Part shown: in pieces, positions 8,832 through 18,102 of the stretch | Position numbering within the stretch: position 1 is the first letter of the stretch | How the letters are laid out: every line of letters starts with the position of its first letter | Assembly (NCBI GenBank): GCA_963555985.3 | Contig: OY820591.1 | Span: forward strand, 1,952,001 to 2,016,000 | DNA: 64,000 bases | Reading direction: 5' to 3' | DNA from: Dehalococcoidia bacterium | Lineage (GTDB): Bacteria > Chloroflexota > Dehalococcoidia > Bin125 | Made by a program: the position numbers and the translations under genes | Notes under the pieces: generated by a model | Told to the model about the DNA's origin: nothing | Databases searched by the model: none | What the model saw: only the letters and a program-made list of their open reading frames with translations

Positions 8832-10778
8832 TCAGGGATGGGGGACGCGCTCGTCGGCGGGATCGGTGAGCGGGGAGAGCGGGGGCAGGTGGGCGCGAGT
8901 CGTGATCGAGGCCGCCGAGCTGGGTTGGGTCTTGGCGGACGGGCTGACGGTGGCGAGTTCGCGCTCGAGTTCGGCTTGCTCGCGACGCCAGGCGCGATGC
9001 CGGGCGAGCGTTTCGGCGGCGTGCTCGTCGCCGATGTACTGCTCCAGATAGGCGCGCTGGTCAAGCGGATCGAGTGGATCATTGAGGCGGGCTCGTCCAT
9101 GTTCCTGGACGGCGATGCGCTGGGCGGTGGAATAGGGATCGATCCAGACGTCGATATCGAGTTCGGCGAGTTGTTCGGGGGGGACGCCGACGGTTTCGCT
9201 GCGGCGCACGCGCCCGTCGCCGGACTTGGCATAGGTCCAGACCGGGCCGCCGAAACCGCCCTCGGCGAGGGGCTTGGACATGACCAGGGCCATGTTGCGC
9301 AGCATCACCCGCACCGCGCGGGCTTGATTGCGCTTGAGTTGTTGCACCTGCAAGCTGCGCGAGCCGAGCAGCAGATTGAGCGTGTGGGGTTGGGTGTTGG
9401 GGCCGATCTCGCCGCGTTCGACCGCGCCCGCGTCGGGGGCGGCGGCGATCAGTTCGTCGGCGGACATGCGCAGGAATTCAACGAAGGCGGGGTCGATCCG
9501 AAACTCGATGCGGTGCAGCGATGCGCCCTGGGGGAGGGTGCGCGCGGCGGCGGTATCGGGCGTCAGGGCGACCCGGTTGCCGTCATCATCGGTCTGCCAG
9601 GAGCCGTCGGCGAGTTGGACCCAGTAGAGCGGGAGCGCGGTCTGTTCGGCGAGGAAGCGTCCGAGTGAACGCTCGTAGTCGTAGCCCGGCTTGACGCGAT
9701 AGACGCCTTCCATCGCGGGTTCCCAACGGTAGAGCGGATCGGGATGTTCGTTGACGTCGGCCTCGGCCAGGACGAAGGGCGGCATTTCGTAGGGATGGGG
9801 ATGGGACTTGATCAAGAGCCAGCGGTCGTTGGCGGGGGCGGGGGCGGCCAGTTCGTAGTACTCGCGGCGGGTCCAGACGGAGGCGACGCGGATGCGCTCG
9901 CCCCAACCGTCCCCCGACGGTTCATCGGCCTGGGGCGCAGCGGCCGGGCTGCCGATCGCCAGTGAGGGTTCGTCACCGAGCCGATGTAGGCGAAGCTCGA
10001 TGCGGTCTTGACGGCGCACGCGATCGCGGTAGTCGAACAGAGCCAGTTCACGGAGGACGACCGCGAGTCCAAGTCCGTTGCCGGCCCCGCGATCTTCGAT
10101 GAAGGCGAACTGATCGGGGCGGATGACCTCGATTTCCCAAGGGAAGCCGGCGTTGGCCTGCGCCTGCCGATCGCGGTTACGGCGGCTCGCTTCGGTTTCG
10201 ATCCAGTCGGCGTCGGCGTGATCGTTGGGTTGTGCGCGGCGGAAGCGTTGTCGTTCGCCGGGGTCGCGCGGCTCCGTGTCGCGGGTTTCGGCGGGCGGAT
10301 AAGCGGGCAGCCGGTCGAGCGCGCGTTGCCAGTGAAGCACGCCGAAGCAAAGGCAAACCTGTCCATAGCCGAGCGCGGCCTGGATGTTGATGCCGCTGCG
10401 TTCCTGGAGCAGGCGCAGTCCGTGCTCAAAGACGTGTTCGAGATCGTCGGCGGCGCGGCGGGCCGCGTCGGACTGATCGGGCGGCTCGACGTGGACGCGC
10501 AAGGGATGCTCGGTCAGGCGCTGGCGGAGCTGCGCCCAGGTGCGTCGGAGCAGGTCGGTCTGCCACGGTTCGGCCTTGCTGTGAGTCTTGTCGAAGCGGG
10601 GATTGACCGCTTCGCTGTTGTAGAGGTGCTGCTCGCGGTGGAGGATGCGGTCATGCAGAACTCCGAAGCGAGTCAGCGCGCCGCCGCCGGCGCGTCCGCG
10701 TCCGCCTCCCAACTGTTCGAGGATGCGATTGAGGTCGTCCTCGGAGAGGGTGTGTGCCAAGATTCGGTTGTGCGACAT
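8832..10778 (-). CDS. putative phage portal protein
   Basis: ~650 aa with portal-like segments (FPWEIEVIRPDQFAF, HPYEMPPFV, helical C-terminal half); terminase and capsid genes in the same window. Confidence 0.6.
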   Translation of the reverse strand: MSHNRILAHTLSEDDLNRILEQLGGGRGRAGGGALTRFGVLHDRILHREQHLYNSEAVNPRFDKTHSKAEPWQTDLLRRTWAQLRQRLTEHPLRVHVEPPDQSDAARRAADDLEHVFEHGLRLLQERSGINIQAALGYGQVCLCFGVLHWQRALDRLPAYPPAETRDTEPRDPGERQRFRRAQPNDHADADWIETEASRRNRDRQAQANAGFPWEIEVIRPDQFAFIEDRGAGNGLGLAVVLRELALFDYRDRVRRQDRIELRLHRLGDEPSLAIGSPAAAPQADEPSGDGWGERIRVASVWTRREYYELAAPAPANDRWLLIKSHPHPYEMPPFVLAEADVNEHPDPLYRWEPAMEGVYRVKPGYDYERSLGRFLAEQTALPLYWVQLADGSWQTDDDGNRVALTPDTAAARTLPQGASLHRIEFRIDPAFVEFLRMSADELIAAAPDAGAVERGEIGPNTQPHTLNLLLGSRSLQVQQLKRNQARAVRVMLRNMALVMSKPLAEGGFGGPVWTYAKSGDGRVRRSETVGVPPEQLAELDIDVWIDPYSTAQRIAVQEHGRARLNDPLDPLDQRAYLEQYIGDEHAAETLARHRAWRREQAELERELATVSPSAKTQPSSAASITTRAHLPPLSPLTDPADERVPHP

Positions 10779-10780
10779 GC

Positions 10781-10846
10781 GAGCGCCTTTCACCACACGG
10801 GAATGGGTAGGCGCTCAATAGTGAAATGTCAGTTCGCTGATGTCAA
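10781..10846 (-). promoter_or_regulatory. portal leader: TTGACA-17-CACTAT promoter candidate and GAGCGCCT/AGGCGCTC hairpin over the RBS
   Basis: tgtcaa at 10841-10846; inverted repeat 10781-10788 / 10809-10816 ending 2 nt before the ATG. Confidence 0.5.
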
Positions 10847-10985
10847 GATAGAATGAAGGACTTGTGTTGTCTGGGATGCGTGTTCTATAGGAAGCGGACA
10901 TAACGGAGTCGAAGAGGCGATATCCGCATTGGTCGCGGGACCGCCTCTGTCTTCGATGTCTCCCCCGCTGGGTCGAGAGAGCGGA

Positions 10986-11939
10986 TTAGTTCTGATCGTC
11001 CAGCGCCGCCTGGACGGCCTCGATGACTGAGGCGGCGTTCGCTCCGACGCGGCGGCCGTCTACGTAGATGGCGGGAGTGCGAAGGCGGCCGCCGGGATCG
11101 CCGGCTTCGGCTCGGGCGCGGCGGGCGGCGGCGTTGATCGTGGGAACGTGGGTGTTGCGATCGAGGCAGCGTTCGAACCGGGCGGCGTCAAGCCCCAGTT
11201 GTTGGGCCAGCCAGACTGCGCCTGCGCGTTGATAGAGGCGGTGGAAGCCCTGAGGCGGGATTGGTTCGGCCCTGGTCATGTAGGTGTCGTGGAATTGCCA
11301 GAAGGCGCCTTGATCGGCGGCGCATTCGACCGCTTCGGAGACGAACTCGCTCTGCGCGTGCTGGAGGACGTGGACGAACTCGATCCGGGCGAGTCCGCTT
11401 CTGACCACTGCTTCGATGATCTGCGGCTCAGCCTGAGTCGCGTACCGCTGGCAGAGGGGTCACAGGAAGTCGCTGTAGTCGATGATCAGGACGGGGGCCT
11501 GGGGATGTCCGAGGAGGTTGCGGTCGTGGAGGATGCCGGCGAGTTCGCCTTCCTGGATCGCGGCCGGATCGATTTGGGCGCTCACGGCTCCGCCGCTGTA
11601 GTAGAGGCGGCTGGAGGTTGAGAGCTCGAAGTCGGCGGCGCCCGGCAGGTTCCGTCCGCCGGCGTCGGCGGCGTAGCCGAGCCAGCGCGAGCCGTCCCAG
11701 AGCCACAAGGCGCGAACGCCTGTGGCGCGCAGGCGAGCGCCGTGCTCTCGCCACAACTCGGAGGCGGTTGCGCCGGGCGCCCAGGTTGGCCAGGCGATGC
11801 GCTGATCGCCGAAGGAGAGGTGGAGTCCGCCGGTGTCTTCGGGTCCGTGGGCGTCGGCGTGAGTGTGGAAGCCGATCGCGCCGGCAAGGATGAGCGCGCA
11901 GAGGAGGAGGCGTAGGGCGGCGGGGTTTGGGGGTGTCAC
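10986..11939 (-). CDS. secreted DsbA-like selenoprotein (UxxC, UGA 11462-11460) with extra N-terminal domain
   Basis: IIDYSDFL-TGA-PLCQRY; LRTPAIYVDG; hairpin GCGACTCA-GGC-TGAGCCGC (one mismatch) at 11441-11423; start codon uncertain. Confidence 0.85.
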
Positions 11940-12174
11940 GGTTGGCAAGATAGCTGCGGGGGTTTGCCGGACCCCCGCTGTCGCTTCGTGACATCTCCCC
12001 CTCAAGGAGACTTGTGCATAAGTCGATTTTCTCCCGTCATTGCCGCGGCGGAGCGCGGCAATCTCGCTGTGCGCACGACGATGGTGCAGATAAGGGCGTC
12101 ATACCCGCGGCAAGCGCGGGTATGACGAGGCTTGTTGGAGAGGGGATGAGAGGGTTGCGGTTGTTGCGGGGGTC

Positions 12175-13413
12175 TTAGTTTTGGGCGACGGCGCGGACGG
12201 CGACGGTTCCGCCTTCGAGGGGGTCGGTGATTTGGCCGGCGAGGCCGGGGTGGGCGGCGGGACGGTCGAAGTTGATGGAGGCGAGGTTGGCGAGGTAGTC
12301 GTCGTACTGGCGCTGGCGCAGGTTCTTGAGCTTGTCCAGGCCGGCCTGGAGGTTTTCGAGGCCGCCGGCGAGGAGGACGATCAGGGCTTCGCGCTCGGAG
12401 GTGCTGAGGCGCATTTCCTGGACGAGGGAGGCTTCGGCGCGGAGGAAGGAGATGGGCAGGCGGCGGTCGGCGTCGGGCTTGTAGCGGTCGTACCACTCGA
12501 GGTGTCCGAGGCCGTAGTCGAGGTGGCGGCGGGAGTCGGCGGCGATGCGGGCGAAGATGTCGCGCTCGACGTCGGTCTGGGCCCACTCGGAGGCGGACTC
12601 GAAGAGGGTGACTTCGTAGCTTTTGTAGACGACGTTGAGGGCGATGATCATGTCGGTGAAGGTGAGGCCCTGGTACCAGCCACGGTAGATTTGACCGAGT
12701 GGGGCTTGTCCGAGGCCGCCGCCGTTGATGAGGGCGCGCTTGCGGAGGACTTCGACCTTGCGTCCGGCGTCGAAGGCTTGGGTGGCGAGGAAGAGCTTGA
12801 CTTCGTGGAAGCCGTAGGAGATTTCTTCGAGCCAGCGGCCGATGATCTTCTGCTCGACGAGGCCGTTGTTGCTGTAGACGGTGCAGATTTGTCCGACGGC
12901 CTTTTCGAGTTCTTCGGGCAGTTCTTCGAGGCCGTTGGCCCAGTCGAGTTCGGTGGCCGGAGTCCAGCGGGCCTTGATGGCGTCTTCGTAGAGGTCGACG
13001 GCGTTTTCGGACCAGACTTCGGCCTTGTCGAAGATGGAGTAGCCGGCGGCCATGATCTGACCGGTGGTTTCGGTGCCGCGGGGGGCGTCGTTGGGGAGTT
13101 GCCAGTTGTCTGGGACGACGCCGTAGCTGCCGATGTTGATGTCGCGCAGGCGGAGACCGTCGGGGCCGGGCGTCGCCTTCAATCCAACCTCCGCCGGAGA
13201 GTTGAAGATGTTGAAGGGGGCCTTGCCGAAGGGGTTGTCGGGATGGTTTTCGAGGAAGTCGAGCCAGCCGTTGATTTTTTCTTCGCTCAGTTCGCCCCGG
13301 GCCAGGTTCTCGACTTGCTTGTCGGTGGCTTCCGAGGCTTCGATGCGTTCGAGGAGTGCGTCGGACCAGCCAGCCTTGCGGGCGCGGACTTTGGTCATGG
13401 TGGAGAGTTGCAT
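12175..13413 (-). CDS. ferritin-like (diiron oxygenase-type) protein with degenerate iron ligands
   Basis: Paralog of the upstream gene (KAEVWSENAVDLYEDA, RKRALINGGG), but the ExxH motifs read DAGRK and DSRRH. Confidence 0.7.
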   Translation of the reverse strand: MQLSTMTKVRARKAGWSDALLERIEASEATDKQVENLARGELSEEKINGWLDFLENHPDNPFGKAPFNIFNSPAEVGLKATPGPDGLRLRDINIGSYGVVPDNWQLPNDAPRGTETTGQIMAAGYSIFDKAEVWSENAVDLYEDAIKARWTPATELDWANGLEELPEELEKAVGQICTVYSNNGLVEQKIIGRWLEEISYGFHEVKLFLATQAFDAGRKVEVLRKRALINGGGLGQAPLGQIYRGWYQGLTFTDMIIALNVVYKSYEVTLFESASEWAQTDVERDIFARIAADSRRHLDYGLGHLEWYDRYKPDADRRLPISFLRAEASLVQEMRLSTSEREALIVLLAGGLENLQAGLDKLKNLRQRQYDDYLANLASINFDRPAAHPGLAGQITDPLEGGTVAVRAVAQN

Positions 13414-13599
13414 GGGGGCTCCGGCGGTTAAACGGCTGCGGTCTTGAGGGTGTCTGGGGACCCCCCTCTGTCCCTACGGGACCTCTCCCCCCGCGATGCG
13501 GGGGGAAAGGGGACCTGATTTCGGGACGACTCCCTCTGCGATGCGGGGGGAGAGGGGGCTGATTTCGGGACGGTTCTCTCCGCGCTGGGGGGAGATGGA

Positions 13600-14646
13600 C
13601 TAGTTGTCTTCGCCGACGAGGGCTCGGACTTCTGGGGCGAAGCGTTCGGCGCGGTCGAGGCCGATCACTTCGAGGCGGTGGGCGTACTCGACGAACTGCT
13701 TTTTGCGCATGAGCATGACCATGTTGTAGCCCTCGTCGAGGTGTTCAATGCCGCCGCCGGAGAGGATGGCGAGGGCTTCGCCGGTGAGGGGGTTGGTGGT
13801 CAGGCTGGTCTGCTGGCTCTGGGTGAGGAGAGCTTCCTGCATGTCGAGGATGTGGTGCAGTTCTTCCTTGCGCCAGGGTTCGGTTTCGACGGTGTACTTG
13901 AGGTGGGTGACGCCGAAGGCGAGGTGTCGGGACTCGTCCTGGGCGGAGAGGCGGAAGATGCGCTTCTCGGCTTCGTTCTGGGCGATCAGTTCGCCCATGC
14001 GGAAGAGGGTCTGGACGAAGCCCTCGCCGACGAGGTGGAGGAGGGCGGTCATTTCGGTGAAGTCGTCGGAGCTGAGCAGCTGGACGGCGCCGATGCCGGC
14101 GCCGGACATGCCGCCGCCGTTGATGAGGGTGCGCTTGCGGAAGACGTCGAGGTGTCGGGCTTCGTCCATGAGCTGGGTGCCGAGGAAGAGCTGGGACTCG
14201 AAGAATTCGGGGTGAATCTGTTCGAGGAAGCGTCCGGGGACGTCGCCGGCGATGAATTCGACCTGAGTGAGGAAGGTGCAGAGGGTGCACATGGCGCGCT
14301 CGAGGTCGGGGGACATTTCGTCGATGGTGTCCCAGGGGATGTCGCGGGCAGAAGACCACTGGCGCTGAAGCGCCTCTTCGTAGAGCAGCATGGCGGATTC
14401 GGTCCAGACGTCGGCCTTGTTCATGTGCTGGACGCTGTTGGAGGGCGAGCGTGGGTCGGCGGCGGCGCCGCGCGGGGCCCACTGTCGCTGGCGGGCTTCG
14501 TCGCGGTCGTCGACGCCGTAGGTGAGTTGGTTGATCGTCTCCAGCGTGAGCCCTTTGCGCCCGGTCTCGATCTCCATGCCCTGCTCGGTATCGACGTTGA
14601 GCCAATCGAGGTTGATTCCGGGGAGGTCGTGCTGAATCGTGGCCAT
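13600..14646 (-). CDS. ferritin-like diiron-carboxylate protein
   Basis: QVEF...DEARH...GEGF...DESRH, the complete E/ExxH/E/ExxH ligand set. Confidence 0.8.
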   Translation of the reverse strand: MATIQHDLPGINLDWLNVDTEQGMEIETGRKGLTLETINQLTYGVDDRDEARQRQWAPRGAAADPRSPSNSVQHMNKADVWTESAMLLYEEALQRQWSSARDIPWDTIDEMSPDLERAMCTLCTFLTQVEFIAGDVPGRFLEQIHPEFFESQLFLGTQLMDEARHLDVFRKRTLINGGGMSGAGIGAVQLLSSDDFTEMTALLHLVGEGFVQTLFRMGELIAQNEAEKRIFRLSAQDESRHLAFGVTHLKYTVETEPWRKEELHHILDMQEALLTQSQQTSLTTNPLTGEALAILSGGGIEHLDEGYNMVMLMRKKQFVEYAHRLEVIGLDRAERFAPEVRALVGEDN

Positions 14647-14767
14647 CAGTGCGCTCCAGGTGTTCTGAGGCGGACGTCGCAGGTCCGCGGGTGGTTTGGG
14701 AGGCATGGTACATGGTCGGGTTAGTTGGTGCAGAATCGGTCTACGTGCAGCGCGCTAGACTGCGCGC

Positions 14768-15019
14768 ATGGCTCTCAGTTCGTTCAACCCACTGACGATT
14801 CTCAACGATCTCCGCGACAACGGCGTGCCCGAAGCTCAGGCTCAAGCCGTGGTCCGGGGTTATGAGCAAACCCGTGATGACCTCGTGACTAGGAAAGACA
14901 TCGAGCTCCTTCAGGCAAACTTCGAGAAGATGTTCTGGCGCGGTATTGCTTTGCTGGCAGGTATGATCCTCGCGGCGACCGGCGCGATCATCGGTGCGCT
15001 TGCCGCATTTGGATCTTGA
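14768..15019 (+). CDS. small coiled-coil membrane protein (DUF1640/CCDC90-like)
   Basis: GVPEAQAQA, LVTRKDI, C-terminal TM helix. Confidence 0.6.
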   Translation: MALSSFNPLTILNDLRDNGVPEAQAQAVVRGYEQTRDDLVTRKDIELLQANFEKMFWRGIALLAGMILAATGAIIGALAAFGS

Positions 15020-15043
15020 CGGCTCCCACCTACACTCCTCAGC

Positions 15044-16216
15044 GTGTATCTGACGCTGCTTGAATTGTCCGAGTTTCGTTCGTGGGCGCGAATTGAGCTG
15101 GCGCTCGAGCCTGGATTGACCCTGATCTCGGGTCCTAATGCGGCGGGGAAGTCGAACCTGATTGAGGCGCTTTATCTGCTGGCGGCGCTGCGTTCGACGC
15201 GGGCGTCGGTAGAGGGTGAGTTGATTCGCTGGGGGGCGGACGCGCCGCAGACGATGCGCATTGCCGGCACGGCCGCGACCCGCGCAGGGGAGGTGGAGGT
15301 AGAGGTGGCGGTGTCGGCGCGATCGGGGACTGCGGGCGGGGGCGCGCGGATGCGGACGGGCGCTCCCTTGACGAGCAAGCGGATTCGGGTGAACGGGGTG
15401 CCACGGCGGGCGGCTGAGGCGCTGGGCGCGATCCGAGCGGTGCAATTCACGACGCTCGATCTGGAACTGCTGACTGGTTCGTCGTCGCTGCGCAGGCGCT
15501 ACCTCGATGTGGCGATCGGTCAGTTGCGGGCGGGTCATGCGTCTGCGCTCTCGCGTTATCAGCGGGCGCTGCAACAGCGCAATGCGCTGCTCAAGCGGGT
15601 TGCGGCGCATCAGGCGCGCGCATCGGAGTTGGAGCAGTGGGACGGGTTGCTGGCTTCGGCTGCTGCGCCGATCTGGAGATCGCGCTCGGCGGCGACGGCG
15701 GCGCTCGCGGCGGCTGCGGTAGTGCGGCACACTGAGTTGCGAGCGGGCAACGAGGCGCGGGAGGAGTTCGCACTGCGTTATGTTCCGGCACTGCCGGACG
15801 GTGCGAATGGCGAAGACTGGGAGGGCGCGATGGGGGATGCGCTCGCTCAGGGGCGCGGGCGCGATCTTGCACGGGGCAGCACTCAGATCGGGCCGCATCG
15901 GGATGAGTTGGCGATTGATCTGGATGGGCGGCCGGCTGCTGCGTTCGGCTCCCGCGCCCAGCAACGCGCCTGCGCGCTCGCGCTGCGGCTGGCGGAGGCG
16001 GACTATCTCGAGGCCGGCTCCGGCGAAGCGGCGATTCTGCTGCTGGATGACATCTTCAGCGAACTCGATCCTGATCGGCGCGAGCGTACGGCGTCGGCGC
16101 TCGACGGTGCGGAACAGGTGATCCTCACGACGGCGGATACGGATTCGCTGCCGGACGGCCTAGACAACCTGTCGGCGGCGTGGACGATTGAGGATGGGCG
16201 GCTGCGCGGTCGCTAG
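15044..16216 (+). CDS. recF: DNA replication/repair protein RecF
   Basis: GPNAAGKSNLIEA, RRRYLD, GPHRDEL, GSRAQQR, LLLDDIFSELD. Confidence 0.95.
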   Translation: MYLTLLELSEFRSWARIELALEPGLTLISGPNAAGKSNLIEALYLLAALRSTRASVEGELIRWGADAPQTMRIAGTAATRAGEVEVEVAVSARSGTAGGGARMRTGAPLTSKRIRVNGVPRRAAEALGAIRAVQFTTLDLELLTGSSSLRRRYLDVAIGQLRAGHASALSRYQRALQQRNALLKRVAAHQARASELEQWDGLLASAAAPIWRSRSAATAALAAAAVVRHTELRAGNEAREEFALRYVPALPDGANGEDWEGAMGDALAQGRGRDLARGSTQIGPHRDELAIDLDGRPAAAFGSRAQQRACALALRLAEADYLEAGSGEAAILLLDDIFSELDPDRRERTASALDGAEQVILTTADTDSLPDGLDNLSAAWTIEDGRLRGR

Positions 16217-16240
16217 GCTGTAGCCATTGACCGGAGCGAC

Positions 16241-16930
16241 ATGTCCACTGCCGATGCCTCATCCACCGCCCAAACCTTGGTCCGCTTCCGCCTGCCGGAA
16301 CCGCCGGAGCGGAATCCCGACGAAGTGACTTCTTACGACTACGTCCATCTGACCGGCAACCCGCATTTCCTGGCGCAGCATTTCGCCCAGCCCGAGACGA
16401 CGCTCGTCAGCGCGGAGCGCTACCTCGTCGCCGCTCGCGGCTCTCGACTGCGCCGCGTCCCCGACCTGCTGATCGCCTTCGACGTCGATCCCGAGCTGTA
16501 CTACGAGCAGAACGGCTACGTGATCGCCGACCAGGGCAAGCCGCCCGATTTCATCCTCGAGGTCGCTTCGCCCAGCACGGCGAAGATCGACACGGTCGAC
16601 AAGCGGCGCGACTACGCCGCCCTGGGCGTGCGCGAGTACTGGCGCTTCGACCACACGGGCGAGTGGCACGGCGCGCGTTTGGCCGGCGACCGCCTGGTCG
16701 GGGAGCGCTACGAGCCGATCCCGATCGTGGAGTTGTCGCCCGGCGTTTTGCAAGGCGAGAGCGAAGCCTTGGGTCTGTGGCTGCGCTGGGAGCAAGGCGC
16801 GCTCGGTTGGTACGACCCGGCGACGGGGCGGCACATCCCTACCTTCGACGCGGAGCGGGAAGGCCGCTTGGCTGCGGAAGCGCGGGTGCGGGAGCTTGAG
16901 GCGGAGTTGCGGCGGCGCGGGGAGCGCTAG
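16241..16930 (+). CDS. Uma2-family endonuclease
   Basis: VPDLLIAF, PDFILEVASPST, YAALGVREYWRFD. Confidence 0.85.
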   Translation: MSTADASSTAQTLVRFRLPEPPERNPDEVTSYDYVHLTGNPHFLAQHFAQPETTLVSAERYLVAARGSRLRRVPDLLIAFDVDPELYYEQNGYVIADQGKPPDFILEVASPSTAKIDTVDKRRDYAALGVREYWRFDHTGEWHGARLAGDRLVGERYEPIPIVELSPGVLQGESEALGLWLRWEQGALGWYDPATGRHIPTFDAEREGRLAAEARVRELEAELRRRGER

Positions 16931-16962
16931 CGGCGTATCCTCCAACCACCGACCGGAGCGAC

Positions 16963-17694
16963 ATGTCCACTGCCGATGCCTCATCCACCGCCCAGACCTT
17001 GGTCCGCTTCCGCCTGCCGGAACCGCCGGAGCGGAATCCCGACGAAGTGACTTCTTACGACTACGTCCATCTGACCGGCAACCCGCATTTCCTGGCGCAG
17101 CACTTCGCCCAGCCCGAGTCGACGCTCGTCAGCGCGGAGCGCTACCTCGTCGCCGCTCGCGGCTCGCGACTGCGCCGCGTCCCCGACCTCCTAATCGCCT
17201 TCGATGTCGATCCCGAGCTGTACTACGAGCAGAACGGCTACGTGATCTCGGACCAGGGCAAGCCGCCCGATTTCATCCTCGAGGTCGCCTCGCCCAGCAC
17301 GGCCAAGATCGACACGATCGACAAGCGGCGCGACTACGCCGCCCTGGGCGTGCGCGAGTACTGGCGTTTCGACCACAGCGGCGAGTGGCACGGCGCTCGG
17401 TTGGCCGGCGACCGCCTAGTCGGCGAGCGCTACGAGCCAATCCCGATCGTGGAGTTGTCGCCCGGCGTCTTGCAGGGCGAGAGCGAGGCCCTGGGTCTCT
17501 GGCTGCGCTGGGAGCAGGGCGCGCTGGGTTGGTACGACCCGGCGACGGGGCGGCACATCCCTACCTTCGACGCCGAGCGCGAAGGCCGCTTGGCTGCAGA
17601 AGTACGAGCAGATACGGAGCGAGCGGCGCGGTTGGCTGCGGAAGCGCGGGTGCGGGAGCTTGAGGCGGAGTTGCGGCGACGGGGAGGGCGGTAG
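16963..17694 (+). CDS. Uma2-family endonuclease (tandem duplicate)
   Basis: Near-identical to 16241-16930 with a 14-aa longer coiled-coil tail. Confidence 0.85.
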   Translation: MSTADASSTAQTLVRFRLPEPPERNPDEVTSYDYVHLTGNPHFLAQHFAQPESTLVSAERYLVAARGSRLRRVPDLLIAFDVDPELYYEQNGYVISDQGKPPDFILEVASPSTAKIDTIDKRRDYAALGVREYWRFDHSGEWHGARLAGDRLVGERYEPIPIVELSPGVLQGESEALGLWLRWEQGALGWYDPATGRHIPTFDAEREGRLAAEVRADTERAARLAAEARVRELEAELRRRGGR

Positions 17695-17832
17695 TCGGCC
17701 TCTTGGCTCTGAGCGGCTCTGGGAAGGGGGCGAGGGAGCTCAGCGGGGCCGGCTGGGGGCAGCTGGGGACCCCTCTCTGTCCCCCCGCCTTCGCGGGGGC
17801 AGGCTCTACGGGACATCTCCCCCCGCAGTGCG

Positions 17833-17950
17833 GGGGGAGAGGGGGACTTGCTTCGGGACATCTGCGCTTGCGGTGTAGGGGGAGAGGGGGACTTGCTTCG
17901 GGACATCTGCGCCTGCGGTGTAGGGGGAGAGGGGGACTTGCTTCGGGACG
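17833..17950. repeat. 45-bp tandem repeat (about 2.6 units) derived from the REP flank
   Basis: GGGGGAGAGGGGGACTTGCTTCGGGAC three times with near-identical intervening 18-mers. Confidence 0.8.
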
Positions 17951-18102
17951 GCTCGCTTGTGGTGTGGGGGAGTTGAGATTCTGGGTTTGCAGAGCTCTCA
18001 CATGACGCTTACGCGGGCTGTTCGGAGGGCTTACATATGGCCCGTAGGTTGATTGTTGTCGAGGGGGTGCCCGAGTGAGTGCGCTCCTGCGGTTAGCTGG
18101 AG

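Noticed and set aside
6715-12005. dsbA genes as nonsense-mutated pseudogenes
   Set aside because: The TGA is at the same catalytic position in all three, with a conserved downstream hairpin and selD nearby; selenocysteine explains this better
12008-12036. Possible dif/Xer site (TGTGCATAA-GTCGAT-TTT)
   Set aside because: The right arm does not match the TTATGTTAAA XerD consensus
17833-17950. CRISPR-like repeat-spacer pattern (also 13500-13600)
   Set aside because: At 17833 the intervening segments are near-identical 18-mers; both arrays have only 2-3 REP-derived units and there are no cas genes
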